A DNA stretch of 62,437 nt, filler included, from Nitrospinota bacterium (GCA_030620925.1; 14 parts of 14 records of this genome joined end to end with filler, not necessarily neighbours in it); one strand, 5' to 3'; shown: positions 18,724-30,146, numbered from the whole stretch's first letter. Numbers and translations are program-made. The notes: a model not told the origin generated them from the letters alone.

Positions 18724-19872
18724 TTAATATTCAAAATCCAGGATGGACTTGGCTATGACCATCCGCTGAATCTCCGAGGTGCCCTCCCCTATCTCACATA
18801 TCTTGGCGTCTCTGAAATACCGCTCTACCGGATAATCCTTGATGTAGCCGTAGCCGCCATGAATCTGCACCGCGCTGTTGACGGCCCGCCCGGCCGCCTC
18901 GGATGCAAACAGCTTTGCCATGGCCGACTCCATCGTGCATTTCTCTCCCCGCTGCCGCTTGAGGGCGGCGCGGTAAGTGAGCAGACGGGCGGCGTCCAGC
19001 TCCGTGGCCATGTCGGCCAGTTTCCACTGGATGGCCTGAAATTCGGAGATGGGTTTCCCGAACTGTTCCCTCTCTTTTGCATACCTGGCACTATCCTCCA
19101 GAGCCCCTCTGGCGAGCCCCAGGGCCATGGCGGATATGCCTATTCGGCCCCCGTCCAGCACGTCCAGGCAGTCCTGAAACCCCCGGCCCTCTTCCCCGAT
19201 GAGGTTACCCGCGGGAACTTCCACATCCTCCAGTACAAGGCCCGCAGTATCGCTGCTCCTCACTCCCAGCTTGTTCTCTCTCCTGCCCACACCCAGGCCG
19301 GGCGCACCGGCTTCTACCACAAAGGCGGAGATACCCTTGCTTCCTTTCTTTAGGTCGGTTGAAGCCATTATTACGTATGTGCCGGCCACCGAGCCGTTGG
19401 TGGTGAACGCCTTCCGCCCGTTGATGACCCATCGGTCGTCCCGAAGCGATGCCCTGCTGATCAGGCCCGCCGCGTCGCTCCCTGAGGAGGGCTCCGTGAG
19501 CGCCCAGGCGCCCATCACTTCTCCTTCCGCCAGGGAAACAACGTACCTGCGCCTCAGTTCCTCGCCGCCGAATTTATATATATGGTACTTGGAAAGTGAG
19601 TTGTGGGCGGCTACCGTCATGCCCAGGGCCGCGTCGTGCCTGCTCAGCTCCTCGATAACCACGGCGTAGCTCACGTAGTCCAGCCCGGCGCCTCCATACT
19701 CTTCGGGTATGAGCATACCCAGGAGGTTCAGCTCCCCAAGACTCTTCATAAGGTCCCAGGGGTAATCACCTGTCTCGTCCCTGAGCCCGGCTCCTGGAGC
19801 CACTTCGGAACGTGCGAACCTGCCCACCATGTCCTTAAGCATCAACTGTTCTTCGCTCAACTCCGTGTCCAT
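18724..19872 (-). CDS. Acyl-CoA dehydrogenase
   Basis: ALTEPSSGSD, INGRKAFTTNG, REQFGKPI, QIHGGYGY and IGEGTSEIQR. Confidence 0.96.
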   Translation of the reverse strand: MDTELSEEQLMLKDMVGRFARSEVAPGAGLRDETGDYPWDLMKSLGELNLLGMLIPEEYGGAGLDYVSYAVVIEELSRHDAALGMTVAAHNSLSKYHIYKFGGEELRRRYVVSLAEGEVMGAWALTEPSSGSDAAGLISRASLRDDRWVINGRKAFTTNGSVAGTYVIMASTDLKKGSKGISAFVVEAGAPGLGVGRRENKLGVRSSDTAGLVLEDVEVPAGNLIGEEGRGFQDCLDVLDGGRIGISAMALGLARGALEDSARYAKEREQFGKPISEFQAIQWKLADMATELDAARLLTYRAALKRQRGEKCTMESAMAKLFASEAAGRAVNSAVQIHGGYGYIKDYPVERYFRDAKICEIGEGTSEIQRMVIAKSILDFEY

Positions 19873-19969
19873 CTCACTTCTCCCAGCTCATCATTTAAAT
19901 CCATGAATTCGGTCACTCGTCTACACGGTTATACCATACTAAAATAGTCTTATTTAGGGGCAAAATTTT

Positions 19970-20386
19970 TTACTTAAACACCATCCCCTCCGCCAGATTA
20001 TCCAGCGTTATACCTCCCAGCGTATCCATTGTATGTTCCTGCAGACGATTTAAGACCTCCTGAACGGAACACTTGGTAAACGCGCTGCAGACTTCGCCAT
20101 CTCCCGCAACACAATGATAGATGACCGGCTTTCCCTGCACCGCTTCTATAACATCCCTCACCGTTATTTCCTCAGCGGGTAGTGCTAAGGTAAACCCGCC
20201 CCCCCTGCCGCGATAAGATTTTAACAGACTGCCCCGGGCCATACTATAAAACACCTGGGCTAAAAGTTTCTGGGGTAGATTAAAAGCCTCGGCCACCTCT
20301 CCAACGTGTGACATTGAGTCCTTCCCCTTTTTTACAAGGTAGATTAGACCCAACAGTGCACATTCACCTCTCCTCGTAAGTTTCAA
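19970..20386 (-). CDS. Rrf2 family transcriptional regulator
   Basis: MKLTRRGE, SYRGRGGGFTLA...ITVRDVIEAVQG, and three C-terminal Cys (candidate Fe-S ligands). Confidence 0.9.
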   Translation of the reverse strand: MKLTRRGECALLGLIYLVKKGKDSMSHVGEVAEAFNLPQKLLAQVFYSMARGSLLKSYRGRGGGFTLALPAEEITVRDVIEAVQGKPVIYHCVAGDGEVCSAFTKCSVQEVLNRLQEHTMDTLGGITLDNLAEGMVFK

Positions 20387-20898
20387 AACGTCTACCTCAC
20401 TTCATAAACAGGATATAATTAGTATTCTTTCGCATCTGTTAGTATACATCTCATAAATGCGGGTTTCAACCCTGAGACCGGCCTTTATCGTTTAGCATTG
20501 AGTCATTCCGGCAGGGGGGGTTAGAGTAAATTTTAATAACTGATAACATTCAGCGAAACTGCTCACTAAAGTCTGAGGGTTCATCCGTGATCGAGTCGGT
20601 CAAAAATCTTCTTACATAAAAATAAAACATGCGCCTGAGATGTCAATACTTTCTGGTGCTGGAATTTAATCCCATATCAGGAATAGACAGATTGCAAGGA
20701 TCAGACGGATGAAGCATATTTATTAGTAGGTGATAAAAATATTAAAGCCCGTTGAAAATAATAAAACAGGCTATATATTTAAGAGCAAAGGCGACAAAAT
20801 TAGTATTATTTCAGCCTGATTTACACTACAAGCTCAATTAAAGTCAATTTTTTACCGACTTCAAGAGCGGACAATTATCTGCAAGGAGGGTCGGAAAA

Positions 20899-21534
20899 AT
20901 GTTAGTAAAAGATTACATGCAGAAAGAACCATCAACTATTTGCGGAGAGGCCACCTTAGTTGAAGCCATGGATTACATTCATCGAGAGGGGGTCCTGACG
21001 CTGCCGGTATTGGATGGGAAAAAAGTTACCGGAATAGTGACCGACAGGGACATCAGGAAAGCCAGCTCATCATCCACCCGGGAACTACACGTCCACGAAA
21101 TAGAGTATCTTCTTTCCAGGATCAAGGTAGCCGACATAATGAGCCGCATGGTTATCTCCGTCTCGCCTGAGCTCACAGTCGAGGAGGCGGTAAAGATTCT
21201 GCACGACAGGAAGATAAAGGGTCTTCCCGTGATGGAAAACGGCGAATTGGTGGGGCTGATCACGGTTAAAGAGGTTCTTGAATTCTTCGCCGAGCTTTTC
21301 GAGAAAAATGAAAAAACCGCCACTTTCGAGCTCAAGCTCAACGGTGATACGGACAAGCTGAGCAAGGCTCTCGAGATTATCACCTCCCACGGGGGGAACA
21401 TAGTCGGCGCATTGACCGCCCCTATGGGAAAAGGGAGTCACCACAAAGAGATTATCCTTCACGTAGAGGGCGAGGACGTCGAGGGATTAAAGAAAGAGCT
21501 CATGGGCAGCGACTTGCTGTTGGCAGCGGCCTGA
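20899..21534 (+). CDS. CBS-pair plus ACT-like domain protein (AcuB-like)
   Basis: MLVKDYM...LPVLDG...GIVTDRDIRKAS, a second CBS domain, and a C-terminal GGNI ACT-like segment. Confidence 0.88.
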   Translation: MLVKDYMQKEPSTICGEATLVEAMDYIHREGVLTLPVLDGKKVTGIVTDRDIRKASSSSTRELHVHEIEYLLSRIKVADIMSRMVISVSPELTVEEAVKILHDRKIKGLPVMENGELVGLITVKEVLEFFAELFEKNEKTATFELKLNGDTDKLSKALEIITSHGGNIVGALTAPMGKGSHHKEIILHVEGEDVEGLKKELMGSDLLLAAA

Positions 21535-21649
21535 TCTAATCGGGAACCGACGGCTGAAGCAGTCGGCCGGGGCGGAAGAAACAAAAAGCTTTAATTTTTT
21601 CAGGGGTCGAACCGGACCTGTCGACATCTAACTCATGGTGGGATAGCTC

Positions 21650-21888
21650 ATGGTATGGGAGTTGTTGAACATGCTAAAAACGGCCATCATCTTCGAGAGG
21701 GAGGGACTTGAAACATATCTCAAGTGCGCCATGCAAACGGACTCAGTCGAAGGCAAGGATATGTACGTCAACCTCGCTCAGGACGAGCACTCACACGTGC
21801 AGAAGCTTCACGAAAGGCTTAATGAACTGCTCGTGGAGCTGCTGAAGAGAGGAGACTTAGCACCCGGGGACTTCGAGAACATTTTCTC
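21650..21888 (+). CDS. Ferritin-like/rubrerythrin family protein, 3' truncated
   Basis: AIIFEREG..Y and LAQDEHSH diiron motifs. Confidence 0.75.
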
Positions 21889-21990
21889 NNNNNNNNNNNN
21901 NNNNNNNNNNNNNNNNNNNNNNNNNNNNNNNNTTAATTAATTAANNNNNNNNNNNNNNNNNNNNNNNNNNNNNNNNNNNNNNNNNNNNCC

Positions 21991-22542
21991 CATAAAATTC
22001 TGGTGCTCAACCAGACTTATGAGCCGCTCAATTTCTGCAACTCCAAGAGAGCGATTAAAATGGTCCTCAAGGGTAAAGCGGAGGAAGTGGAGAGCGACGG
22101 AGTGCTGGTGCGCTCACCCAGTTATACCTTCAGGTTACCCAGCGTTATAAGGCTCCTTTACTATATCAAGCATCCTCATATCGTAGGTGTTACTTTCAGT
22201 AAGAAAAACGTTTTCAAACGCGACCGGTTTATCTGTCAGTACTGCGGTCAGATGAGCACGGAAATGACCATCGACCATGTCATTCCCAAATCTCGGAGCG
22301 GTAGGACATGCTGGGAGAATGTGGTGGTGGCCTGCAGGGATTGCAACACCAAGAAGGGCGACAGGACGCTCCAGGAGGCCCGTATGCAATTGATCCGCAA
22401 ACCCAAAAAGCCCACCTTCCTCTTTTATCTCAACCTCGCGCATCTGTCTGCCAGCGGGTATCATGAGAGCTGGGACAAGTACCTACCCGAGGATTTTCGT
22501 ATCCGGCGCCCCGGCAGGACGGCTTCCCTGTCAGCCCCGTGA
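21991..22542 (+). CDS. HNH endonuclease, slightly 5' truncated
   Basis: LVLNQTYEPL, LPSVIRL, RDRFICQYCG, TIDHVIPKSRSG..WENVVVAC..CN.KKG. Confidence 0.92.
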   Translation, partial: HKILVLNQTYEPLNFCNSKRAIKMVLKGKAEEVESDGVLVRSPSYTFRLPSVIRLLYYIKHPHIVGVTFSKKNVFKRDRFICQYCGQMSTEMTIDHVIPKSRSGRTCWENVVVACRDCNTKKGDRTLQEARMQLIRKPKKPTFLFYLNLAHLSASGYHESWDKYLPEDFRIRRPGRTASLSAP

Positions 22543-22693
22543 CTCTTCCCGTTCGGCCCCTGATAGATCTCATGTCATGCTGTTTAAGAAAATGTATATT
22601 CCATCGCTATAACCATCTTTTAGCTATATATTCAGTAGACGGATATTGAAATATCTTTTGTTTTTCAACACTTTTAGCATTCAGGTGGAGTAG

Positions 22694-24697
22694 ATGGCAG
22701 GAAAGTTCCAACTGGTTTCTGATTTCGGCCCCAAGGGGGACCAGCCCCAGGCCATAGAGCAGCTTTCGGAGAACGTGGAGGCGGGGGTGGAGCATCAGGT
22801 GCTTCTGGGGGTAACCGGCTCGGGCAAGACCTATACCATAGCCAACGTAATCGAGCGGGTGCAGAAGCCAACACTGGTGATCGTCCACAACAAGACACTG
22901 GCCGCGCAGCTCTACAGCGAATTCAAGAGTTTCTTCCCCTACAACGCCGTGGAGTATTTCGTCAGCTACTACGACTATTATCAACCCGAAGCCTATATCC
23001 CGCAGACCGATACCTATATAGAGAAGGATGCCAGCATTAACGACGAGATAGACAAGATGCGCCACGCCGCCACCAGGTCTCTGCTGGAGCGGAGGGACGT
23101 GATAATAGTGGCCAGCGTTTCCTGCATCTACGGATTGGGCTCTCCCGAGCTGTATCACGGCATGATGGTCTATCTGGAGGAGGGGGAAAGGATAGACCGG
23201 GACGAATTGCTCCACAAGCTGGTTCAGATACAGTACCGCAGGAACGACATCGATTTCAGAAGGGGCACCTTCAGGGTGAGGGGAGACGTGGTGGAGGTTA
23301 TGCCCTCTCACGAGTGGGAGTCGGCCATAAGGATAGAGTTGTTCGGAGATGAAGTTGATGCCATAAGCCGTATCGACCCCCTCACGGGGGCCGTGGCGGA
23401 GAAACTCCCCTCCACGACCATATACCCCAGCAGCCACTTCGTCACCCCGGAGCAGCGCCTCAAGGAGGCCATTGAAGGCATCCAGGAGGAGCTGGCCGAG
23501 CGGGTGGCCTATTTCGAGGAGAACGGCAAACAGCTCGAGGCGCAGCGGATTCAGCAGCGCACCATGTTCGACATGGAGATGATGAGCGAGATAGGCTACT
23601 GCCAGGGGATAGAGAACTATTCCCGGTGGCTGGACGGCAGACAGGCCGGAGAGCCGCCTCACACGCTATTGGACTACTACCCCGAAGATACACTGGTGGT
23701 AATAGATGAGAGCCACGTCGCCATTCCCCAGGTGAAAGGTATGTACCTCGGCGACCAGTCGCGCAAGCGGAGCCTGGTGGAGTACGGGTTCAGGCTGCCC
23801 TCGGCTCTGGACAACCGCCCGCTCAACTTCGAAGAGTTCCAGGGGGCGGTGAGCCAGTTGGTCTACGTGTCCGCCACACCGGCCGATTACGAGCTGGAAA
23901 AGAGCGGCGGGCTGTTGGTGGAGCAGTTGATAAGGCCCACGGGGCTAACCGACCCGGAGGTGAAAATCGAGCCTTCCCGGGGGCAGGTCGACCATCTCAT
24001 GGGGGAGATAAACAAGCGGGCCGGGAGGGACCAGCGGGTGCTGGTCACCACCCTCACCAAACGGTTCTCCGAGGACCTCACGGAATACTATCAGGATATG
24101 GGTCTCAAGGTGCGTTACATGCATTCCGACATAGATACCCTCGAACGGACGGAAATAATCAGGGACTTGCGCCTGGGCAAATTCGATGCGCTGATAGGCA
24201 TCAACCTGCTGAGAGAGGGGTTGGATTTGCCCGAAGTCTCGCTGGTGGCCATTCTCGACGCTGACAAGGAAGGGTTTCTGCGTTCTGAGACAGCCCTCAT
24301 CCAGACCATGGGCAGGGCGGCCAGGAACGTGGAAGGCGAGGTTCTCCTCTATGCGGATAAGATGACGACTGCCATCAAAGCCGCCATAAGCGAGACCGAG
24401 CGCAGGCGGGAGAAACAACTGGAATTTAACCGGGTGAATAACATAACTCCTGCTTCGATAAAGAAGTCCATACACGATATACTGGGAAGCGTCTACGAGC
24501 GGGATTACTACACGCTTCCCCTGGTGGCCGAGGAAGTGGAGAAGTACGTGGCGGAGCATGAGCTGCCGGGGGTCATCCAGGAGCTGGAAAAAGAGATGCG
24601 CCAGGCGGCCAAGGAGCTGGAGTTCGAGAAGGCGGCGGAGATAAGGGATAAGATACGCCAACTGCGAAGGGCGGAATTCGGAGCTGCCGTAACCTAG
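22694..24697 (+). CDS. uvrB: Excinuclease ABC subunit B
   Basis: [39 protein letters not shown] and C-terminal UVR domain. Confidence 0.99.
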   Translation: MAGKFQLVSDFGPKGDQPQAIEQLSENVEAGVEHQVLLGVTGSGKTYTIANVIERVQKPTLVIVHNKTLAAQLYSEFKSFFPYNAVEYFVSYYDYYQPEAYIPQTDTYIEKDASINDEIDKMRHAATRSLLERRDVIIVASVSCIYGLGSPELYHGMMVYLEEGERIDRDELLHKLVQIQYRRNDIDFRRGTFRVRGDVVEVMPSHEWESAIRIELFGDEVDAISRIDPLTGAVAEKLPSTTIYPSSHFVTPEQRLKEAIEGIQEELAERVAYFEENGKQLEAQRIQQRTMFDMEMMSEIGYCQGIENYSRWLDGRQAGEPPHTLLDYYPEDTLVVIDESHVAIPQVKGMYLGDQSRKRSLVEYGFRLPSALDNRPLNFEEFQGAVSQLVYVSATPADYELEKSGGLLVEQLIRPTGLTDPEVKIEPSRGQVDHLMGEINKRAGRDQRVLVTTLTKRFSEDLTEYYQDMGLKVRYMHSDIDTLERTEIIRDLRLGKFDALIGINLLREGLDLPEVSLVAILDADKEGFLRSETALIQTMGRAARNVEGEVLLYADKMTTAIKAAISETERRREKQLEFNRVNNITPASIKKSIHDILGSVYERDYYTLPLVAEEVEKYVAEHELPGVIQELEKEMRQAAKELEFEKAAEIRDKIRQLRRAEFGAAVT

Positions 24698-24763
24698 CTT
24701 TCGGTTCCCGGCGCTTCAGTTGAGTCCGCGTCCTGACACCAAGAGTAGGATTGTGCGAGAGCC

Positions 24764-26223
24764 ATGATTGAGCAGACGATACCATCGGATGTGAAAACGC
24801 TGAGGGGGAGCCTCCCCGATGAGCCGGGCGTCTACATGATGAGGGACGCCCGTAAAGAAGTGCTTTACATCGGCAAGGCGAAGTCTCTCCGTTCGAGGGT
24901 TACATCCTATTTTCAAGACTCGGCGGCCCATGCTCATAAGGTGAGGTCCATGCTCTCCCAGGCTGAGAGCATAAGCTACATCGTAACCGAGTCTGAGACG
25001 GAGGCGCTGATCCTGGAGAGCAACCTGGTCAAGCGCCGCAAGCCAAGGTACAACGTCGTCCTGCGCGATGACAAACACTTTCCATACCTCCGGCTCTCCG
25101 TGGAGGAGGAGTACCCCAAGCTCACCGTGGTACGGCGCATAAGCAGAGGGAAGTCCCTCTACTACGGCCCCTATGTTTCGGCAAAGGCCATGCGCAAGAC
25201 CCTGCGCTTCCTCTACAAGGTGTTCCCCATAAGGCAGTGCCGCATCAAGATAGACGGCAAGGCGGAGCGCCCCTGCCTCGACTATCACATGGACCTCTGT
25301 TCGGCGCCCTGCATCGGGGCCATAGGCAAAGAGGAATACGGGAAAATAGTGCGCGACCTGTCCCTCTTCCTCCAGGGCAGGAACACCGAGCTGGTAACCC
25401 ATCTGAGGGAAAAGATGGAGAGGGCGTCCGAGGGGCTCCGCTTCGAGGAGGCGGCTCGGATTCGAGACCAGATAGAAGCCATCGAGAAGGTCGTGGAAAG
25501 ACAGAAGATCATCTCCACCGGCATGGAAGACCAGGATATCATAGCCACCCAGCGAATCGGCCCGCTGTGCAACGTCCAGCTCTTCTTCGTTCGTCAGGGC
25601 CGGGTGCTGGGCAACAAGGAGTTCACCATCGAGACCGAGGATGATGATGAAGAGCTGCTCGCCGCTTTCTTGCAGCAGTATTACAGCGATGATAATTATA
25701 TCCCTCGAGAGATAGTTATGGAACGCAGCGTGGCGGGGCAGGAGCTCCTCCAGAGGTGGCTCACCGAAAAGAAGGGTTCTTCAGTGGGCATAACGGTTCC
25801 CCAGAGGGGCATGAAGAACAAGTGGATAGCGATGGCCCGGCGCAACGCTCAGTTGTCCCTGCAACGTAACGTAAACAGGCAGCAGTGGAGGGAGGAGGCC
25901 CTGGGCGAAGCGCAGCAGGTACTGGGGTTAAGCGGACCGCCGTCGAGGATAGAGGCGTTCGACATATCCAATATTCATGGTGAGGCCGCGGTGGGTTCCA
26001 TGGTGGTGTTCGCGGGAGGCGAGGCCAAAAAGTCTGAGTACAGGAAATTCAGGATCAAGACGGTCGTGGGAATAGACGATTACGCCATGATGTATGAGGT
26101 GGTGCACCGCCGTCTCAAAAGGCTGCAGCGGGAAGAGTTGAAGCTGCCGGACCTCATGCTCATCGACGGGGGGAAAGGGCACCTTAACGCCGCTCTCAAG
26201 GCAATGGCCGACCTGAGCGTGAC
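24764..26223 (+). CDS. uvrC: Excinuclease ABC subunit C, 3' truncated
   Basis: GIY-YIG domain (PGVY...LYIGKAKSLRSRV), RIEAFDISN, DDYAMM and PDLMLIDGGKGHL. Confidence 0.98.
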
Positions 26224-26451
26224 NNNNNNNNNNNNNNNNNNNNNNNNNNNNNNNNNNNNNNNNNNNNTTAATTAATTAANNNNNNNNNNNNNNNNNNNNN
26301 NNNNNNNNNNNNNNNNNNNNNNNATTCACCCCCACCTTAATTCCTCCCCAGCGGAACGTCCCGCGGAAGGCGGGATCAATGGGGGGGTGAGCGATTCCGC
26401 TATATCTGCCTCCCCCCGGCCTCCCCCGTCTATGGAGAATAATACTATTAT

Positions 26452-26766
26452 CTACTCTTTAACGTATTCGCTTAATTGGGTGTAAAGGTTCCAGGAAAAG
26501 TTCTTGATGTGAGACTCGAACTGGTACCAGCCGCTTTCCTCATTGAACTCATCCGATTTCAACGCATCCACGGACTCGATCTCGTAGAGGGCCATATACG
26601 ACGGCTCTCCTCGCACGGAGCGGTAGCGCCGACCGGAAATGAACCCCGGACAATTCACTATGCCCGGCACGTGGACGTTGTTATACCACTCGTTGAATTC
26701 GTCTTCCATCTCAGGGTCGATATCCACCCTAACTTCCATAATCAGCTTCACTTCCTCACCCCCCAT
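26452..26766 (-). CDS. Small dimeric alpha-beta-barrel protein (EthD/DUF4286-like)
   Basis: EDEFNEWYNNVHVP...PGFISGRRY...YMALYE. Confidence 0.75.
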   Translation of the reverse strand: MGGEEVKLIMEVRVDIDPEMEDEFNEWYNNVHVPGIVNCPGFISGRRYRSVRGEPSYMALYEIESVDALKSDEFNEESGWYQFESHIKNFSWNLYTQLSEYVKE

Positions 26767-26782
26767 AATTAGATAGTTTCAG

Positions 26783-26922
26783 AGGGAACCTTTTTGGAAA
26801 AAAGGCTCCCTCAAACTCCCTCCAAAAACTTTTTGAAATGAGACAGCGATAGTTCTCCCAACTATAACAAAAGTCTTTGGGAAGGGGTTTGGGGAAACCC
26901 TTTCTACAGAAAGGGTTTCCCC
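26783..26922. repeat. Inverted doublet of a ~50-nt hairpin repeat (REPIN/MITE-like)
   Basis: Right arm AAAAGTCTTTGGGAAGGGGTTTGGGGAAACCCTTTCTACAGAAAGGGTTTCCCC; left arm is a diverged reverse complement; related single copy at 40683-40737. Confidence 0.8.
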
Positions 26923-26993
26923 AGGCTCCCGGATGGAACTTTTTAAAAAAGTTCAATCTGTAGATACACAAATCCTCCCACCTTAACCGGTCG

Positions 26994-27887
26994 TCACGTT
27001 TTCTGCGAGGGCGGAATGGACTGCTCGCAGGGGACCGCCGTCTGGCAGAGGCCGCAGCCGGTGGTCCAATCGCAGTTGTATCTGGACGTCAGCATGGGCC
27101 CCAGGTAATCGACGAGATACCATCTGCATTTCTGCTTGTCGTGCCCCGCCTCGGTTATGGCCCCCACGGGACAGCGCTTGATACATATCTTGCAAGTGCC
27201 TTCGCGGTAGTAGAGACAGTTGTGGTAGTGGTCGGGGTAAGGTCTGTCGGATGGTTGCAGGGGCATGTTGGTGACGATGTTGCCGCAGCGCATGGCTATC
27301 CCTTTGGAGGTGATGAAGCCGTCGTTCAAGCTGAAGGTCCCCAGCCCCGCCACGTAAGCGGCATGGCGCTCCGACCAGTTGGAGGAGACATCCCCTCCCG
27401 GCCCCTCCTCCATTATATATTTAAAATAATCCGCGCGCATGGGGGCCACGGCCAGGTATCCCATCTCCCGCACCTCCATGGCCACGTGGTCCCGCACGGC
27501 ATCGTTGAAGCGCTCCCCGCAGTTCCTTTGGTGCGCCCACTGGAGGGATGGGTGGTGCCTCTGGGAGCGGTTGCTCTTCCTTGTCTTAGCGGTAACGGGA
27601 AGGATATAGCTTATAACGCTTATTTTATCCAGGTCCTGATTGGGCACGTCGTCACCCGCCTGCACCGCTGTTTCCATGACCTCCCGGGGGGTGTAGTGAT
27701 AGTCTCCTATGATTTCCTTGAACTGTTCGAAAAGTGGGTCCCTCCCGTCCGCGAAACCCACCAGGGGATCCTCGTAGAAGGGGCTTCCGTCCAGATGAAA
27801 CATCCTGTTGGCGCTGCTGTTTTTCACGAAATTGACTATAGAATCTCTGATCTTTTCTTCCATGCTGAGCGTACTTTCATCGCCCAT
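26994..27887 (-). CDS. Epoxyqueuosine reductase-like (QueG-like) Fe-S protein
   Basis: PLVGFADGRDPLF, SNWSERHAAYVAGLGTFSL, CKICIKRCPVGAI and GCGLCQTAVPC. Confidence 0.8.
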   Translation of the reverse strand: MGDESTLSMEEKIRDSIVNFVKNSSANRMFHLDGSPFYEDPLVGFADGRDPLFEQFKEIIGDYHYTPREVMETAVQAGDDVPNQDLDKISVISYILPVTAKTRKSNRSQRHHPSLQWAHQRNCGERFNDAVRDHVAMEVREMGYLAVAPMRADYFKYIMEEGPGGDVSSNWSERHAAYVAGLGTFSLNDGFITSKGIAMRCGNIVTNMPLQPSDRPYPDHYHNCLYYREGTCKICIKRCPVGAITEAGHDKQKCRWYLVDYLGPMLTSRYNCDWTTGCGLCQTAVPCEQSIPPSQKT

Positions 27888-28089
27888 CTATTTTCTCCTT
27901 CAAAACGGCGTGTCCGTATCGCGGTCCATCTCTCACCGCTCTGCACTGAATTCGACTCTCTTATAGCATATGGTCTCTATTATTACAATTTCCCTGAAGA
28001 AACCTTTTGTTTAGGCCGATAATAATTCCATAATAGTCCTTCTTAAGGCGGTTGTATCGGGGCGGACCTCTCTACAGCGAATAAAGTTA

Positions 28090-28119
28090 TTGACAGCCTC
28101 ACCCTCGCATAACTAAAAT
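28090..28119 (+). promoter_or_regulatory. Sigma70 promoter of the acyl-CoA ligase
   Basis: TTGACA-N18-TAAAAT. Confidence 0.65.
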
Positions 28120-28159
28120 ACGCTTCCACAACCGGTCGGCGAGTGCCGGCGTCTGGATT

Positions 28160-28177
28160 GGTAAAATAACTTTTACC
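28160..28177. promoter_or_regulatory. Candidate operator palindrome GGTAAAA-TAAC-TTTTACC
   Basis: Perfect 7-4-7 inverted repeat in the leader of the CoA ligase. Confidence 0.45.
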
Positions 28178-28258
28178 CGTATATAGGGCCCTACCGGGGG
28201 AGTACTCGCCCGGTACAGTTGAGCGGGGCCTGACTAAAAACGTAAGGGGGGCGAAGCA

Positions 28259-29806
28259 ATGACAATGAACATGGGGAGTATCATTCTCAGGAGCACCGAA
28301 CGCTTCCCGGAAAAAACGGCTATTATTTACGAGGACAAGAGGTATACCTACCGGGAGTTCAACGGCCGAATGAACCGGGTGGCCAACAAGCTCACGGAAA
28401 TGGGGGTCAAAAAGGGCGATTGTATAGCCATCCTCTCTTTCAACTGCCCCCAGTTCCTGGAGATTTACTTCGCCCTGGCCAAACTGGGCGCCTGGGCCGT
28501 GCCTCTCAATTTCCGCCTGGTGGGCAGGGAACTGGCTTACGCCCTCAACGATTCCGCCTCAACAATGCTATTTTTGGGCGAGGAATTCAAGGAACTGGTG
28601 GAAGAAATCCGCGGGGAGCTGAAAACCGTTGAAAAATTCATACTCATGGAAGGGAAGCTCGAAGGCGACCTGCTCGATTACGAGGAGCTGATCAAATCCT
28701 CCCACGACGCCGAGCCGGACGTCCCCGTAGACGAGGACGATATCCAGATGCTCTGTTACACCTCCGGCACTACCGGCTTCCCAAAAGGGGCCATGCTCTC
28801 CCACGGCAACCTCATCTGGAACTCCATCAACATGAACTTCGGCTGGGGGGTGACCCCCGACGACGTGAGCGTCTGCGCCGCACCTCTATTCCATACCGGC
28901 GCCCTTCACTGCGTGGCCTTCCCCACTTTTCATGTGGGTGGCACCACCATCGTTTTTAAAAATTTCGACCCGGTGGAAACCATCCAGGCCGTGCAGAAGG
29001 AGCGCGTCACCAGCATGCTCATGCTCACCTCCATGTGGATAATGCTGGCCGAACTCCCCGACCTGGAGAAATACGATGTCTCCAGCGTGCGCTGGTGTCT
29101 GTGCGGCGGCTCCGTGCTCCCCACCAACACCGCCGAGAAGCTGGGCCGCTTCTTCAAAGAGGGTTTCATCGCCGGCTACGGCCTCACCGAAGCCAGCCCG
29201 GGCGTCTCCATGCTGTCCCCCGAATTCTTCGAAGGGCGGCCCGATTCCATCGGCAAGCCCATCCCCCACGTGGACGTGCGCATCGTCAACGACCAGGACC
29301 AGGACGTGGCGGTGGGCGAGGTGGGTGAAATAATCGTCAAGGGACGCAATGTCTTCAAGGGTTATTACAAGAAACCGGAAGCCAACGCCGAGACTCTGCG
29401 CGACGGCTGGCTCTACACCGGAGACCTGGCAAAATACGACGACCAGGGCTTCATGTACTTCGTCGACCGCAAGAAGGACATGATAAAGACCGGAGGCGAG
29501 AACGTTTACGCCGCCGAGGTGGAGTACGCCCTCACCAGTCACCCCAAGGTCATAGAGGCGGCGGTTATCGGCGTGCCCGACCCCAAGTGGGTGGAGACCA
29601 TAAAGGCCTTCGTGGTGACTAAACCCGGCGAGGAGGTCACCGCCGATGAGCTCATCGAGCACTGCAAAACCATCATGGCCAGTTTCAAGAAACCGAAGTT
29701 TATAGAGTTCATGGACGAGCTCCCCAAAAACCCCTCGGGCAAAGTGGTTAAGCCTGTCCTGCGAGAGCTCTCCAACGTGGATGCCCATCCGGCCAGCCAG
29801 ACTTAG
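28259..29806 (+). CDS. Acyl-CoA synthetase (AMP-binding, long-chain-fatty-acid--CoA ligase-like)
   Basis: YTSGTTGFPKG, GYGLTE, GWLYTGD, DRKKDMIKTGGENV and LPKNPSGK. Confidence 0.95.
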   Translation: MTMNMGSIILRSTERFPEKTAIIYEDKRYTYREFNGRMNRVANKLTEMGVKKGDCIAILSFNCPQFLEIYFALAKLGAWAVPLNFRLVGRELAYALNDSASTMLFLGEEFKELVEEIRGELKTVEKFILMEGKLEGDLLDYEELIKSSHDAEPDVPVDEDDIQMLCYTSGTTGFPKGAMLSHGNLIWNSINMNFGWGVTPDDVSVCAAPLFHTGALHCVAFPTFHVGGTTIVFKNFDPVETIQAVQKERVTSMLMLTSMWIMLAELPDLEKYDVSSVRWCLCGGSVLPTNTAEKLGRFFKEGFIAGYGLTEASPGVSMLSPEFFEGRPDSIGKPIPHVDVRIVNDQDQDVAVGEVGEIIVKGRNVFKGYYKKPEANAETLRDGWLYTGDLAKYDDQGFMYFVDRKKDMIKTGGENVYAAEVEYALTSHPKVIEAAVIGVPDPKWVETIKAFVVTKPGEEVTADELIEHCKTIMASFKKPKFIEFMDELPKNPSGKVVKPVLRELSNVDAHPASQT

Positions 29807-29984
29807 CTCCATCTGAAAACTCTCCTGGCCCGGCGGACACATTACGGCTTGAGATGCTCCCTATTTCAAGGCTGGTCGATCTCAGCGTTACGAACCTGCC
29901 CCATGGAGTCTGAGTACGCCCTGTGCATACGGCAAGTGGATGTCGGGTTACGTCAAAACAATTATCTCGATAAGGGGGAAAAGT

Positions 29985-30046
29985 ATGTCCTACGAAACCA
30001 TTTTGTATGATAAAGACGACCGGATTGCGACCATAACGCTCAACAG
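29985..30046 (+). CDS. Enoyl-CoA hydratase/crotonase N-terminus, truncated
   Basis: MSYETILYDKDDRIATITLN after a GGGGG SD. Confidence 0.7.
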
Positions 30047-30146
30047 NNNNNNNNNNNNNNNNNNNNNNNNNNNNNNNNNNNNNNNNNNNNTTAATTAATT
30101 AANNNNNNNNNNNNNNNNNNNNNNNNNNNNNNNNNNNNNNNNNNNN

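Noticed and set aside
21991-22542. HNH nuclease as a Cas9/IscB or defence-system component
   Set aside because: It is a small stand-alone HNH of a widespread type, with no RuvC motifs, array or methylase on the contig.
26994-27887. Reductive dehalogenase
   Set aside because: It is only 297 aa with no Tat signal and no rdhB-like anchor gene; it fits the broader QueG-like family better.
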